DNA of 64,000 nucleotides from Eledone cirrhosa (Eukaryota), in contig OZ024744.1 in the NCBI GenBank assembly GCA_964016885.1, forward strand, positions 109,306,001 to 109,370,000. Reading direction: 5' to 3'. Made by a program: the position numbers and the translations under genes. The notes beneath the pieces were generated by a model. It did no database searches and was not told the DNA's origin. It worked only from the letters and a program-made list of their open reading frames with translations. Positions 43,218 to 58,815 of the stretch are shown here, in pieces. The stretch's first letter is position 1; each line of letters opens with the position of its first letter.

Positions 43218-43784
43218 GGGTATCAAAAAATAAATATGGTATTTATAGGTCTCTACAAGTGGTAGGAGAGGGTGGGGAGTGGGATGGGTGTAGGTCATTG
43301 GTTGATAGAAAAGGGAATTCATTAAAAGCTAATTCTACAAAGCTATAGTTTATTTTTATTAATTTTTGTTTTTAGAGTAACAAAGGCAGACAGAATTCTA
43401 TAAACAGGTTCCGGATGGCATATCATTCCTTGTCATTAAGTTTCTCTTAAGCTAACAGATGTCTATAATTTCAGTGGGGGGTCAGTCATGGTAGATAGAA
43501 TTAAAGGAAAGGGAGATTCTTTAAAAGCTAAATTCATTAAGGTTCTACTAAGTGACAAAGGTTTCGAGAATTCTGTAGACAGATTCAAAATACTGAGTAC
43601 ATATCTTACAATTATCTTCCAACTTCTCTTAAACTAATCAACTATATGCCAAAAATCAACAGACACATTCACAAAAAAACACACTCACTCACACACTCGC
43701 GCGCAACCATACACATACACATACACATATACACACATAAAAACACACACACATATATAAATATATTTATATATATATATACAT

Positions 43785-43818
<34 letters not shown>

Positions 43819-43962
43819 ACACACATACATATATATACACACACACACACACATATATACACATATAAATACACTCACACACATACATACATACACACAA
43901 ATATACATGTGTATACATATACATATATATACACATAGATATATATACACATATATATATAT

Positions 43963-44001
<39 letters not shown>

Positions 44002-44094
44002 AATATATATACACATACACATAGGTATGTGAAGGGCAAGGCAAAAATAATATATGGGGGGGGGGAGACATAGGAAAAGGTGAACACACACACA

Positions 44095-44414
44095 GAAACA
44101 AAATGGCGTAGGACAGAACAAAGGAGAGGCACAAAAACAAAGAAAAGAATCCCCAGTCACTGAAGAGGTCACAGAATGTGTGACGAAAGAACTTTGACAA
44201 TATATAAACAACTATCTGGTTGTGGAACCAACCAACCAACCAACCAACAAGAAATTTATAAATTCCTAAATTTATAAATTTATTATAATAAATTGAAGTG
44301 AAAGCAACTGGTGCGTGTGTTTCTTATTGGCAACATGACCCTCCCAAAGCATAACAATATCGGTTTCAACACACGTTTTCAGATAAAGAATCTTGTTAAA
44401 CAAATTCAGAAACG

Positions 44415-44416
<2 letters not shown>
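44095..44416 (+). mobile_element. Copy of the 29.1-29.4 kb PLE 3' end with an HHR at 44156-44198
   Basis: gtca-CTGAAGA-g gtcac..gtgac-GAAAGAACTT-tgac; reverse complement of 29068-29375. Confidence 0.8.
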
Positions 44417-44448
<32 letters not shown>

Positions 44449-44592
44449 AGTTGACAGACCCAGAATATTTATCAATGTCAGGACCAGTTGTATCTCAGCG
44501 TACTCAATAGGTAATGTAGGATACATTCCCAGAGAATACACATAGTTATTCACTTCAATACAACACATGTAAAACGGGTGCCTATAGTAGCT

Positions 44593-44703
44593 CCCGGACT
44601 CGAGTTTCGGCCACACTTAATACAGCAGTAGGGTGCACTGCACCTTCTGTCTGCATATATTATGCAACAATGCATAATCGGCGTATGTGGCTTCATCAAC
44701 GGG
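44593..44703 (-). ncRNA. Type I HHR with expanded stem II (unit A)
   Basis: cccg-TTGATGA-agccaca..(about 70 nt)..tgtggc-CGAAAC TCGA GTC-cggg. Confidence 0.7.
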
Positions 44704-44873
44704 TATCGCCTAATCAATAACCAATCGATCAACAGAATTCAACTCCAGTCCATGCCGGCTATGACTGCTTGTGACGGCCGACACAGTAAAGTGATTAGCA
44801 ACTGGAATCCAATACAATTCTGTCTCTCGACCAGCCACCGATTTACAAACTTTACGTGGTGACGGTAGAATAG

Positions 44874-46530
<1,657 letters not shown>

Positions 46531-46667
46531 TAAGGAATAGTCACCCACACCAAAATGTGCGACTGATCGCGTTGATTGACTGTCAATGTATGTATGTCGG
46601 GTAACTCTTGAGTACTACTGGTAACATGTAACCCAGTACAACCTGTCACATGGTCTGGTCGTCGGTG

Positions 46668-46699
<32 letters not shown>

Positions 46700-46914
46700 T
46701 GTGTGTGTGTGTGTGCAGTGCATACAAGCATTACATAGGCTAGCGATGACAGATCAACCTGAACGTTAATTTTATACAAGTGCTTTTTTCAATCAGCACT
46801 ACATTTGGTCATACATATTGTTTATTTCAACAGGCTAATTTTTATGGCCGAGAGCCGATAGAGCCTCATTGAAATATGATCACCTGCTGGTCCCTCTTTC
46901 TCTCTCTTACTCTC

Positions 46915-46978
<64 letters not shown>

Positions 46979-47257
46979 GCTCTCTCTTTCTCTCTTTCTC
47001 TCTCTCTTATTATAGTATAGATTACTGTACAAGTAATCTAGTAATAATAGAAACTATATTTTTTAAAACCATGATTGTTTTTAACCTCTGCTCAATCTCC
47101 CATTGGTGGTATGCACATATTAGACACAGGGAAGATTTTTTGTACTTTTTGGGGGGGAAAAAAACTGAGTCCAATAGCTATCTTGAGTGTTTTGCACAGT
47201 GTTGTGTTTTTCGCAGCATGTTTATTAAAGCTGTAAGATGCCGCCCAAATGCCCTAC

Positions 47258-48911
47258 ACCTTCAAAGGGTTCTGACAATGAACCTAAGTGCTAGAAACAG
47301 GTTATGACCCTCCATGGGAAGGTACAACTGCTGGATATACTCCGGGAAAGCAAAACTTATGCCGCAGTAGGTTGCTATTATGGTGTCAATGAAAGCACCA
47401 TATGCCACATAAAGAAGAACGAGGCAGTGATCAGGACTACCATAGCAGTAAGTTTCTGTGAAAGTACCAAAAAGATAACGACAGTGAGAAATAAGCACTT
47501 CGTCAGGATGGAATCTGTCTTGGAATTGTGGATCAATGACTGCAACATCATCCGCAAGAAAGTGCGGAAATTATACCAGCAGTTCAATAGAGGAGATGGC
47601 GCAGAAGGTACCGAAGAACTGCAATCAGAACCATCGATAACACCAGAGCCTGAAAATTTCCAAGCCAGCAAGTGGTGGTTTGACTGTTTCCAGAATAAAG
47701 TATGTTTCCCAGCATAGAGAGGCAGCATCAGCTGACAAAGAAGCCGCCGAGAAGTACCTCGAGACCTTCAAGCAGATCATCGAGGACAATAGATACAAGC
47801 CAGAACAGGTTTTCAATATGGATGAGACTGGCTTGTTATGGAAGAAGATACCAGAACATACATTATGAAGGACAAAGCCAGATCCTCAGGATTTAAGGCA
47901 CAGAAGTACAGAGCACATTATGTGTGGCAATGCTGCTGGCATCATGATGAAACCAGGCCTTATCTACAACTCCGCGAACCCAAGGGCCTTCAATAATAAA
48001 AATAAAAACTTGCTGCCTATCCACTGGATGTACAACCCCAAGGCCTGGATTACCGAAAGTCTAACTTTGAACTGGTTCCACCAATGCTTCATCCCTCAAG
48101 CCAAGGAATACCTCCACATTGTATCCATGGTATTCAAGGTGTGGCTAGTTATGGATAATGATGGCAGTCACTCTTTGGATTTGTATTACAAGGGAGTCAA
48201 AGTCCAGTTCCTCCCTGCCAATACCGGATTCCTCATCCAACCTATGGACCAAGGCGTGATCTGTGCCTTCAATGCACTTTACACTCGGAACTCTCTCCAA
48301 CATCTTGTGGACACAATGGACTTGGACGAGAATTTCAAGTTAAAGGGGTATTGATATAACTTCATGATCGCAATGTGCCTGTCAGTCATCCAAGCTCCTC
48401 TTAAGGACATAAAATAAAAACTCTCAACGCATGCTGGAAGAAGGTGTGGCCAGAGTGTGTCTAGGACTACCAGGAGTTCTCACCTGAAGAAATTCAGCCC
48501 GAGGCTGTCGATTGGCAAAGGTACTTGGTAACGAAGGATTTGATGACATCATGCAAGATGAGGTCAACAACCTCATCGATGCCCACTCTGAACCCCTGAC
48601 AGACAAGGATTTGTTAACCAAGTCTGTCAGCGAAGAGGAAGAGGGACTGACAATAGAAACATCTGTCTGACCTTTTAAGGACAGCAAAGGAGTTGCCAGG
48701 GAAGGCGGAAGCATGGGATCCCTATATGGTTCGGTCTCTCCAATTTAAAAATGCCATCGATGCTGCAGATATGTAAAACTCTCCTCACCACCACGAAGAA
48801 ACAACAACAGCAACATGCCATCAAAATGTTCCTCAAACCGAACAACAAAGCCTTGCATGAAGATATGACATCTGAAATGCCCAAAGAGGAGGCACCACCA
48901 GAGGACCTCTA
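47258..48911 (+). pseudogene. Tigger/pogo (TIGD1-like) DDE transposase, frameshifted
   Basis: HTH-psq (KVQLLD..YGVNESTICHIKKNE), CENP-B HTH (FQASKWWFDCF), FNMDETGLLWK, MDNDGSH, FLPANT..IQPMDQGVI. Confidence 0.9.
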
Positions 48912-49044
48912 AATCCTTTGCGTTGCTATGCAGTCATTATATTCATTATTTTCATCATCATCATCATCATCTTCAATCAATATCATCCGATATTGATGAG
49001 TACCCGTACATTTTACTGTATTTTTTATTAAATTATTATTCAAT

Positions 49045-49302
49045 ACAAGAGAATCGTTTTTTAGCCATGGACAGTTATATGTAGGTTGTTCACGAGTGGA
49101 AACGCCTAGAAATCTTCATATACTATACACGAACCTGGTGTATCTGGAAGATTTTTTTACTGTTTATTTTTTTATAAAACACACACACCACAGTCTCGCC
49201 TCATACTGTAGATTAGACAAACATCCAATACAGTCATTTTCTTTCCTACCTGTCTTCTCTTATCATCTGTTGACCCGGGCGAAGCTGGGTACGTCAGCTA
49301 GT
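49045..49302 (+). mobile_element. Helitron-like insert in the Tigger 3' region
   Basis: Ends with the ACCCGGGCGAAGCTGGGT hairpin plus CTAGT; left boundary approximate. Confidence 0.5.
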
Positions 49303-49589
49303 TGTGTTATAAAATATCCATTGTCTGTAGTAGATTAATTTAATTAATCCTAATGAAAATAAACATTATATGTTGGCACTTCGAGGGTCTAATAAAATTT
49401 GATTTGATTTGTTTGAGCCGTTTGGAAATGCATAAGGAAAATACAGTCAGACAGAGACAAAGAATCATATATACATAGAGATTATATATTTTTTAATTAT
49501 ATTTTACGTTGTATTTTGACGTTTATAGGCATTTTTGTAGACCACGTCAAATATTCGCATTTTTTCACTTCTCGCGGGTGCTCTAGGAA

Positions 49590-49611
49590 CCGCGAATACC
49601 GAGGGACAACC

Positions 49612-49612
<1 letters not shown>
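49590..49612 (+). repeat. Tigger-like 3' TIR followed by TA
   Basis: CCGCGAATACCGAGGGACAACCG|TA; 5' TIR not found. Confidence 0.6.
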
Positions 49613-49645
<33 letters not shown>

Positions 49646-50048
49646 TCTTTTACTCTTTTACCTGTTCCAGCCATCCGGCTGAGGCCATGCTGAGGCACAT
49701 TTGAAAAAGGGAAAAAGGGAAAGAATGACTCCACTTGTAGTTGGTATTCTATAACGATTTAATTTTATAATTTTACAATTTTATAATTTTGCTATGTAGA
49801 TCTAATAAGTCTTTTATTTAACTTCGGAGGAAATATTTTTTTAAAATCTTGGTTAACTTTCTGGAGAACTTTCTCCCATTAGATGGTGATAGTCAAACTG
49901 ATCTAAAGCTGCAATGTGCTGGTGTATATATAAGGAATGTGGGTGTGTCAGGGGAACTGTTGATGAAAATAAAAATAAAAATAAAAATAAAAATTAAGAT
50001 GATTGATTGAGAGTTGAGTTGGGAGGTGTTGGGGGATGAGGGAGACGG

Positions 50049-50191
50049 AAGAAGAAGAAGAAGAAGAAGAAGAAGAAGAAGAAGAAGAAGAAGAAGAAGA
50101 AGAAGAAGAAGAAGAAGAAGAAGAAGAAGAAGAAGAAGAAGAAGAAGAAGAAGAAGAAGAAGAAGAAGAAGAAGAAGAAGAAGAAGAAGAA
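50049..50191. repeat. (GAA)n microsatellite
   Basis: Directly visible. Confidence 0.98.
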
Positions 50192-50869
50192 TATATATAT
50201 AGAAAATGAACTTGGGTGTGTGTCTGGGGAAGAGGTAATGAGGTATATGTCTTTTGATGAAAAGAAATTGAAAACAAAAAGAAAAATAAGATGATTAATT
50301 GAAGGTGGTATTAGGTATTAGGTGTTTGGGGTGAGGGGGACATAATGGTCAGATTTTCCTAAATATACTTCGGTGAAGAAATAAGATAAAAGTGAAAATA
50401 TATAAACAAAGCTGGTGAGTGTTGACATTTTTGTTGAGAGAGAGTTATGTTGTTGTTGTGGAAGGGGTGGTTAAAATATCCCCACATTCAAACCTCCCTA
50501 TATATAAACATACAGACACACATATATATATGTATATACACACATACATATATACACATCTATACACACACACACACATATATATATACACACACATATA
50601 TGTATATGTGTACATATATACACATCTATACACACACACACACATATATATATACACACATATATGTATATATGTACATATATACACATCTATACATACA
50701 CACACATATATATATACACACATATATGTATATGTGTACATATATACACATCTATACATACACACACACATATATATACACACATATATGTATATATGTA
50801 CATATATACATGTATACATACATATATACACATCTATACATACACACACACTCACCTACATACATATAA

Positions 50870-51054
50870 ACGACAAGTGTATCCTTAGAGTGTATCTCAG
50901 GGAGATTCAGCAGTGTGTGACAAGGTTGACTCTCTTGAATTACTGGTACAAATGTGAAATAAAGTATCTCGACGAAGAACACTACCTGGTTCGAGAATTG
51001 AAATCTTGATCTTGTCATCGTGAGTAGAATACCCCAACCACCAAGCCACGTGCC
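50870..51054 (-). mobile_element. Degenerate tRNA-derived SINE, different family
   Basis: Minus strand begins GGCACGTGGCTTGGTGGTTGGGGT with a degenerate B box and a CORE-like ATACTTTATTTCACA segment. Confidence 0.5.
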
Positions 51055-51204
51055 ATCACACTTATAAACATACATGTACACACAAACATGTGCATATATA
51101 TGTGTGTATACACATCCATACATACATTTATTTACATGCATGTGTACACATAGATACATATACAGATATAAACATATACATATGTACATACACAACAAAT
51201 ATGG

Positions 51205-54200
51205 TATCAACAACACGTGCTACAGGTCGCCATGCTAGTAGACTTCCTAGCAGCTAGGTCGAACAGCGCCTTGAAACAACTATGCCTGTAAGAAACTTCA
51301 CACCACGTGTACCATCTAAGTCTACCTCGAATGCTGGGGAAAACACTATCGATAATAATAATAATCGAAGAAATAATAATAATAATCGAAGAAATTTGAC
51401 ACCACATGCACCATCCGAGTCTACCTCGACTGTTATGGAAAATACTATCGATAATGATAATAATCAAAAGTATAAACAATTGAAAATTTCCCTCAACGAA
51501 ATCTTCCAGAGAGAAATTAATTCATGTATAAATATCTCTCTTGCTGAACGTATTAAAAGGACAATGTTTAATAAAAAACCAAATAATGAAATATTACGTG
51601 TTATTGACGAAATAGGGGATGAATATTTACGACGGATAAAAACCCTAATATTTTGGCAAATCAACGCTTGTTTATATGCCTTAGCAACCACAGTGAAGCA
51701 TTATCTTGGTGATAGCAGAGATATTAACAAGAACAGACCACCACCAAAAATACCATCATATATAACTAAAATAGAAAAAAAGATTGCTGACCTACGAAAA
51801 ACCACAGGACATGTGACAATGCTCCTTACATGCAAACAAACACAAAAAAACCTCACTCCTCGCCAACAAAGACAGAACAATAAAATAGAGACGATGTGTT
51901 GTAACAGTAGAACCAGAACTATTCAATATAAGCTGATCACCCTCAAACAAGAATTGAGAGTTGTTAGCGAAAAACGCCGATACCTGAAGAAGGTAGATGA
52001 GAGAAAAGTGCTTAATAAAAGATTCAGACGAAACCAAACATCAGTCTATAGAGATATGAAGGGCAAAATAATAAGTGTCACTGAGGCCCCATCCCAGAAA
52101 GAGATAGATTCCTTTTAGAGCAAAATATGGGGTGAAAAGAATAATTTCAATCAAGATGCAGTGTGGCTAAGAGAAATCCGAAAGAACTATTGCTCCTACA
52201 CTACAACAAAAATATACAAAATAAGTGAGGGTACCCTTGAGACTGTGATAGGAAAACTCCAAGATAAGAAAACACCAGGAAGAGACATGATTGTCGGCTA
52301 CTTGTACAAAAAACTGATATTCTATCGGAAGTATCTTATTGACTTCTACCAACAAGTTCTCAAGGGAGATACACATATAGCAGAATGGTTGACATTAGCA
52401 CAAGTAATACTGGTCTCCAAAAAAAAAAAGACACCCACTTGGCAAAAAACTACCGACCCATTGCATGCCAGAACCTGATCTATAAGATGTATACAGCCTG
52501 CCTGAGCCTATTCCTCCAAGATCACTGTGAAAAGAATAACATCATCACAGATGAACAAGCAGCTGGAAAGAAAGGGGTTTGGGGGTATGCTGAACAACTC
52601 CTAATCAACAAATCTGCGATGTCGGTGGTGCGACAACATATGAGAACATATCCTATAATGGTATCTGTAATAAAGAACGCGTAACCAGGGAATACTACAC
52701 CCGATTAAGAAAGATCTGGTCATCGGAACTCTCTGCGCAAATCAAAACAGTGGCTCACAATGTGTTTGCTGTGCCTGTCCTAACACCAAATTTTGGAATA
52801 ATCAATTGGACGATAGACGAAATCCGAGCAATTGATGTTGGAACTCGAAAAATACTAAACTACACCGGAAACTTCCACATCAACAGTGATATAGACCGCT
52901 TTTACTTGAAACGTAAGCAGGGAAGCAGAGGCCTAACATCAGTCCAGACAACATTTGAATGTCGCATCATATCTCTCCGGCAACATCTACAAACCTCGAA
53001 GCGTAGGAGCCCGTTTCTCGAGCAAGTCTATCTGCGTGAAACAGATAAGATCATGAGAGTTGGGAAGGAACTCCTCGAGAGATATTCCCTGTGTGATAAT
53101 CAAAAATTCACACCCAGGGAAGTCGCTCAGCATTATCGCAGTGAATCCATGGATGAAAAACTGCATGCTTATCAGCAAAAAATCATGCATGGATATGTTG
53201 CCAGGAAGCTCCAGAGTGAGAGTAATATAGATAAGGAAAGTAGTCTATCTTGGACCAACAACCGCTATATTGGCTCCCACTTTGAAGGATACGCTTTTGC
53301 AATCGAAGAACAGGAGATTAACACGAAATACCTGTTTCACAAAAGAGATAGGGATGCAGGCAAAACACCTAGATATGATAACAAGTGCAGACTCTGCAGA
53401 ACTTACATCGAGGATATCACCCATGTCATCAGCAGCTGTCCAAAGATGTCATCACGGTACTATCTACCTATGAGGCATCATGTAGTGGCCAAAACACTGT
53501 ACAATGCAGTTTGTAAAAAAGATAGCCCCGATAATAAACACATTAAAAGCTACAGCAATGTGGAAGACAGCCATGTACATAATATGAAAGAGTACTGGTG
53601 GAATGTTCCAGTAAAAACCCCAATAAAATGCAGGCATAACAGAGCAGATATTATGATATGGGACAGGGAGAAGAAAGCATGCACAGTAGTGGAAGTTAGC
53701 TGCCCAGCAGATGCCAATATAATATCAAAGATTAGTGAAAAGGAAAATATTTGTGCAGAACTGATGAGAAATCTGCAGATACTCCACCCTGATTACACTT
53801 TCAGATTTATGCCTGTGATTATTGGGGCACTGGGGTATGTTAGTAACTGCCTCAATACAAATATTGAGAAGCTAGACTTCACAGGAACAGAAAGAACACA
53901 ACTAGTTAGGAAATTACAAGTACAATCCATTAATGGAACAGTAAAAATATGTAAAACATTCCAAACATTTTGCATCTAATAACAGCATATACACATGTAC
54001 AGATACAAAGCATATACACATGTACACATACAACTCAAAGCATACACATCCACACCTACAATAACATTCATATCTACACATGCATGCAGACATACATACA
54101 TATCTACCTAGTTGATGTTGTGTAATTTCCAATGAGACAGTCTTGTGTCTATGTTAGAAACCGACTCTCTCTCTTTATTGGTAAAACTTTGTGAAATTAT

Positions 54201-54215
54201 AAAACCAGAAGAACA
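51205..54215 (+). mobile_element. R4/Dong-type RLE retrotransposon, internally deleted in RT
   Basis: N-terminal 51282-52118; KTPGRDMI, NYRPIAC, EQLLINK; deletion at about 52650; CRLC..EDITHVISSC, RHH, RADI..D, EVSCP; ends ATAAAACCAGAAGAA into (CATA)n. Confidence 0.9.
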
Positions 54216-54274
54216 TAATACATATATACATACACACACACATACATACATACATACATACATACATACATACA

Positions 54275-55093
54275 TGAGGCTTAAAACACAGACCATAGAG
54301 GGGATAAACCACTCAAAAAGCCTGGCATGGAGTTCCGACAAGTTTATGACATCACACCTTGAGGGATATCTCTATGCAATACAGGAACAAGAACTCCCTA
54401 CCAAATATCTGCTGCACAAAAGAGGAGGGCCAGCAGCTGAAAATAAATGTAAAATAAAGATCGAGGATGTAAGCCATATTGTTGCCAGCTGCGAAAGAAT
54501 GTCATCTCGCTACTACCTCCCCATGAGACACGATGGGATAGTTAGAACCATCTGGAACGCACTTCGGAAAACAAAATTAACAACAAACGAGGAAGAATAT
54601 ATTGAGACAGATGGCACTAAGGAATACTGGTGGAACCTGAAAATAAAAACTGCCACCAAATTAAAGCACAACCGGCCTGATATTGTTGTTTGCGACCACA
54701 CATTGAAAACGTGTTCTGTTGTGGAAATCAGCTGCCCACTTGATGTAAACGTTGTCAGAAAAATACAGGAGAAGGAGGACATCTACGGACCATTGATGAG
54801 GAGTTTACAAATCCAGTATCCAAGATACACCTTTAGCTTCATACCCATCATTATTGGAGCTACGGGTTATATACCAACCCGCTTGGACCAAAGTATGACT
54901 GAACTTGGATTTGCGGACAAAAAGCGCACTCCCTAATTCATAGTCTACAAATGGCTGCGATAGCTGGCACCTTCAAAATTTGCAAAACATTCTTGCGATT
55001 CAAGGGATGACAATTTCTTTTCTTTTACAACCTTGCCACCAGGAAGGTGGCCGGTCAAAAAAAAATATACTCGAAATTAAGAGAAAGAGATAA
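54275..55093 (+). mobile_element. 3' fragment of a second RLE family
   Basis: EGYLYAIQEQE..HIVASC..RHD..NRPDIVVCD..EISCP; both junctions lie in (TACA)n. Confidence 0.85.
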
Positions 55094-55107
55094 CATACAT
55101 ACATACA

Positions 55108-55141
<34 letters not shown>

Positions 55142-55142
55142 C

Positions 55143-55972
55143 ATGGTGGCTGCCAACTCGTTTACTCGTTTACTCGAGTACGGCCACTACTTTATATCCA
55201 TGTAGGAGAACTACCAATGCGCTGAACGAGTGTGACTTTTTAGTCCAGCCAGCGACTTGAAAACTCTGGTACAAACACTACACTTGTGACAATTATTGAC
55301 ACATAATGCTGGGCCCATGGTACCATGTGACGACAAGTGCAGAGAGATCATACATACATACATGGTGGCTGCCAACTCGTTTTCGAGTACGGCCACTACT
55401 TTATATCCATGTAGGAGAACCCCTACCGATGCGCTGAACGAGTGTGACTTTTTCGTCCAGCCAGCGACTTGAAAACTCTGGTACAAACACTACACTTGTG
55501 ACAATTATTGACACATAGTGCTGGGCCCATGGTACCATGTGATGGCAAGTGCAGAGAGATCTCCAGATATAAAGCAATGCCTGTGCCGTGAAGCTTTTAT
55601 AGTGAGCAAAGGCACTGCACAAAGCCAGTCCCACTCTCTTAACCAAGATGATATTTACCAAAAAGAAGAACAAGTCAACATCATTGGATACCATCAGGGT
55701 TGCAGGTGTTATATCAGAGTTTTCCTTCTCCTAGAATTCTGCCTTGACAAAGGCTAAGGGGTCATCTCTCCCAGTGATTTTGGATGGCCATTGACTCTTA
55801 AGAGCTCCTTTGCCCTTTGACAGGTTTTGTTTTTAGTCCTGCAGGATGTCCAAAGTCACCCTCCTCACCAAGAAACCTTGGTGGGGTTGCCAGTTTAGTC
55901 GCCAACGACCCGACCATGAGACAGGTTGTACTGGGATACATGTTACCAGTAGCACCAAGTGGTGACCTGACA
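55143..55972 (-). mobile_element. Bipartite RTE-derived element (55362-55972) plus a duplicated 3' piece (55143-55348)
   Basis: Near-identical to 25101-25708; flanked by (CATA)n. Confidence 0.8.
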
Positions 55973-56069
55973 CAACATACATACATACATACATACATAC
56001 ATACATACATACATACATACATACATACATACATACATACATACATACATACATACATACATACATACA

Positions 56070-56765
56070 TTATGCAGAACTGGTGAGAAATCTGCAGATA
56101 CTCCACCCTGATTACATCTTCAGATTTATGCCTCTGATTATTGGGGCACTGGGGTATGTTAGTAACTGCCTCAATACAAATCTTTAGAAGCTAGGCTTCA
56201 CAGGAACAGAAAGAACACAACTAGTTAGGAAATTACAAGTACAATCCATTAATGGAACAGTAAAAATATGTAAAACATTCCAGAAATTTTGCATCTAATA
56301 ACTGCATATACACATGTACAGATGCAAAGCATATACACATGCACACATACAACTCAAAACATCTACATCCACACATACAATAACATCCATATCTACACAT
56401 GCATGCATACATACATATCTACCTAGTTGATGTGTAAATTCCAATTAGAGAGTCTTGTGTCTATATTAGAAACCGACTCTCTCTTTATTGGGAAATTATA
56501 AAACCAGAAGAACATACATACTTACAAAACACCTATATGTGACAAGTGCAGACTCTGCAGAATTAACATCGAATATGTCACCTATGTCATAAGCAGCTGT
56601 CCAAAGATGTCATCGCGGTACTATCTACTTATGAGGCATGATGTAGTGGCCCAAACACTGTACAATGCAATCCGTAGAAAAGATAGCCCCGATAATAAAC
56701 ACATTAAAAGCTACAGCAATGTGGAAGACATACATATGTGAAATTATATAAACCAGAAGAACATA
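56070..56765 (+). mobile_element. Two further 3' fragments of the 51-54 kb RLE family
   Basis: 56070-56512 matches 53750-54212; 56522-56762 matches 53360-53570 plus the terminus; each ends AAACCAGAAGAACATAC. Confidence 0.85.
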
Positions 56766-56864
56766 CATATATACATACACACATACATACATATACATAC
56801 ATACATACATACATACATACACACAGACATACATACATATATACATTCATACATACATATACAC

Positions 56865-57362
56865 ATGATGGCTGCCCCCTCGTTATCGAGTATGGCACGA
56901 TATACCATTATTAATAATTATTAATTAATTCTATCGTACAATGCCTGTACGTGAAGATATTTTTTAAAGTGAGGAAAGACTGTGCACTGAGCCAATCCCA
57001 CTCTCTGAGCGACAGTAGCTATAACCAAAAAAGAAGAAAAGATCAACATCATCGGTAACTACTGAGCCGCTGGTTTTATATCGGAGTTATCCCAGTTTCC
57101 TGAGTTGCTTTCTCCTAGAAGAATGCCCTGACAAAGGCTAGGGGTCCTTCACTCCTAGTGGTTTAACTGCGCGGTACATGTGTATACACATATTTACACA
57201 CTTTTGGATGGCCGTTGACTCTTATGAATTCTTCCGCCCATTGTCAGGTTTTGTTTTTTGTCCTGCAGGGTGTCCAAAATCACCCTCCTCACCAAGTAAA
57301 CTTGGTGGGGGTTGCCGGTTTAGTCGCCGACGACCCGATCATGCGACAGGTTCTACTGGGTT
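56865..57362 (-). mobile_element. Diverged relative of the bipartite RTE element
   Basis: Shares CAAAGGCTAGGGGTC, CCTGCAGG..CCCTCCTCACCAAG and TTTAGTCGCC; 3' tip ATGGCTGCCCCCTCGTTATCGAGTATGGC also at 6025-6062. Confidence 0.65.
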
Positions 57363-57779
57363 ACATACATACATACATACACACATACATATATACATGC
57401 ATACATACATACACACATACATATATACATGCATACATACACATATACATATAGATTCATACATAAGCATACATACACACATACATATATACATGCATAC
57501 ATACACACATATACATATAGATTCATACATAAGCATACATACACACATACATACACACACATATACATACACACACACACACATACACACGCATACACAC
57601 ATACATACACACCCGTATATCTCTATATAACATACAGATATATATATACACACATGCATACATTCACCCATACACACATGTGCATGGATATATCTCTTTC
57701 CCCACCAAACAGTATATATTCATACATATATACTGAAGTATTTAAGTTCATATATACATTTGTGGGGTGGGGGAGAATT

Positions 57780-58165
57780 AGTGAAATGGTAGTGAACCTC
57801 CGAGGGTTATCTTCTTCAACAATCGAATGTTTGAAAGTGTGGGTGTCATCAACTTCTATTTGGATACTTTTTTTTCAATATGCAACTTCAGTTCCTAAGT
57901 CGTGTGGGATGTTAGTATATAAGCTTGTTACCTCAAAGCTGACTAAGATTGTTTGTTGGGGTACTTTCTGGGAGGATATAGTTCGGGAATTCCATATCAT
58001 CTCTGATGAAGCTTGGCACTTTTTTTTACATAAGGGTTTCAGTATGATGTCTAATAGGCTGCTTAGACATTGTATGCTTGAGGCTGGACCAGCAACAATT
58101 GGGCGTAATTTAAAATTTTTTCCGCCCTTTGCCGGGTTTTGTATTTCATTCCGCAGGGTGTTCAA
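57780..58165 (-). mobile_element. PLE RT N-terminal fragment
   Basis: LRPIVAGPAS..LSSLLDIILKPL..ILVSFEVTSLYTNIPHDLG. Confidence 0.8.
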
Positions 58166-58309
58166 ATATCATCCTCCTCACGAAACAAGCTTGGTCGGGT
58201 TGCCGGTTTAGTCGCCGACAAGCCGACCATAAGACAGGTTGTACTGGGTAACATGTTACCAGTAGCACCCGAGAGCGACCTGAGACAATGTATCATATAT
58301 ATATATATA

Positions 58310-58815
58310 TACTAACCGAATTACTGGCGCATTGATGCGTTTCACACATTTTTTATTTTATTTTAAATCAGTGATATAATTTATGGAGACAAACTCTGCA
58401 TTTCAATATTACTCAATGTAAAATGTAATGCATGAAAAATTGGAAAACATTATTTTTTGTAATATATCAAATCAAAATTACATTATTAAATCTTATCCTT
58501 ATTTTGTTTCTTGTAAATAATTTTTTTCAAAATATCAATTCAAAACTTTTGTGACTAGGCATCATATCTTGTCATTTACCTATGGTTTAAATTTCATATA
58601 AACCGAAAGAAAAATATTTTCAGCGGGAGTTTTCAGCGAGGTTTGGGCCCGCAGGGAACCCTTTGATTAAAAGGAAATATACTTATCCAAGTACCCTAGG
58701 CAATGTAGTTTCAGAATATATATATGGTTATGGGGGTCTATCTCCAAAACCATAGTTCGTGAACAAACAAACAAACAAACAGACAGACAGACAGGAATTA
58801 CAACTTTATATATAT
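58310..58815 (+). mobile_element. Helentron/DINE-1-like non-autonomous element
   Basis: Internal (CAAA)n(CAGA)n before AACTTTATATATA; an inverted fragment of it lies at 61101-61280. Confidence 0.5.

Noticed and set aside
47258-48911. Domesticated TIGD/CENP-B gene
   Set aside because: Multiple frameshifts and stops, and a retained TIR.
50014-50202. Poly-Arg/poly-Ser ORFs
   Set aside because: (GAA)n microsatellite.
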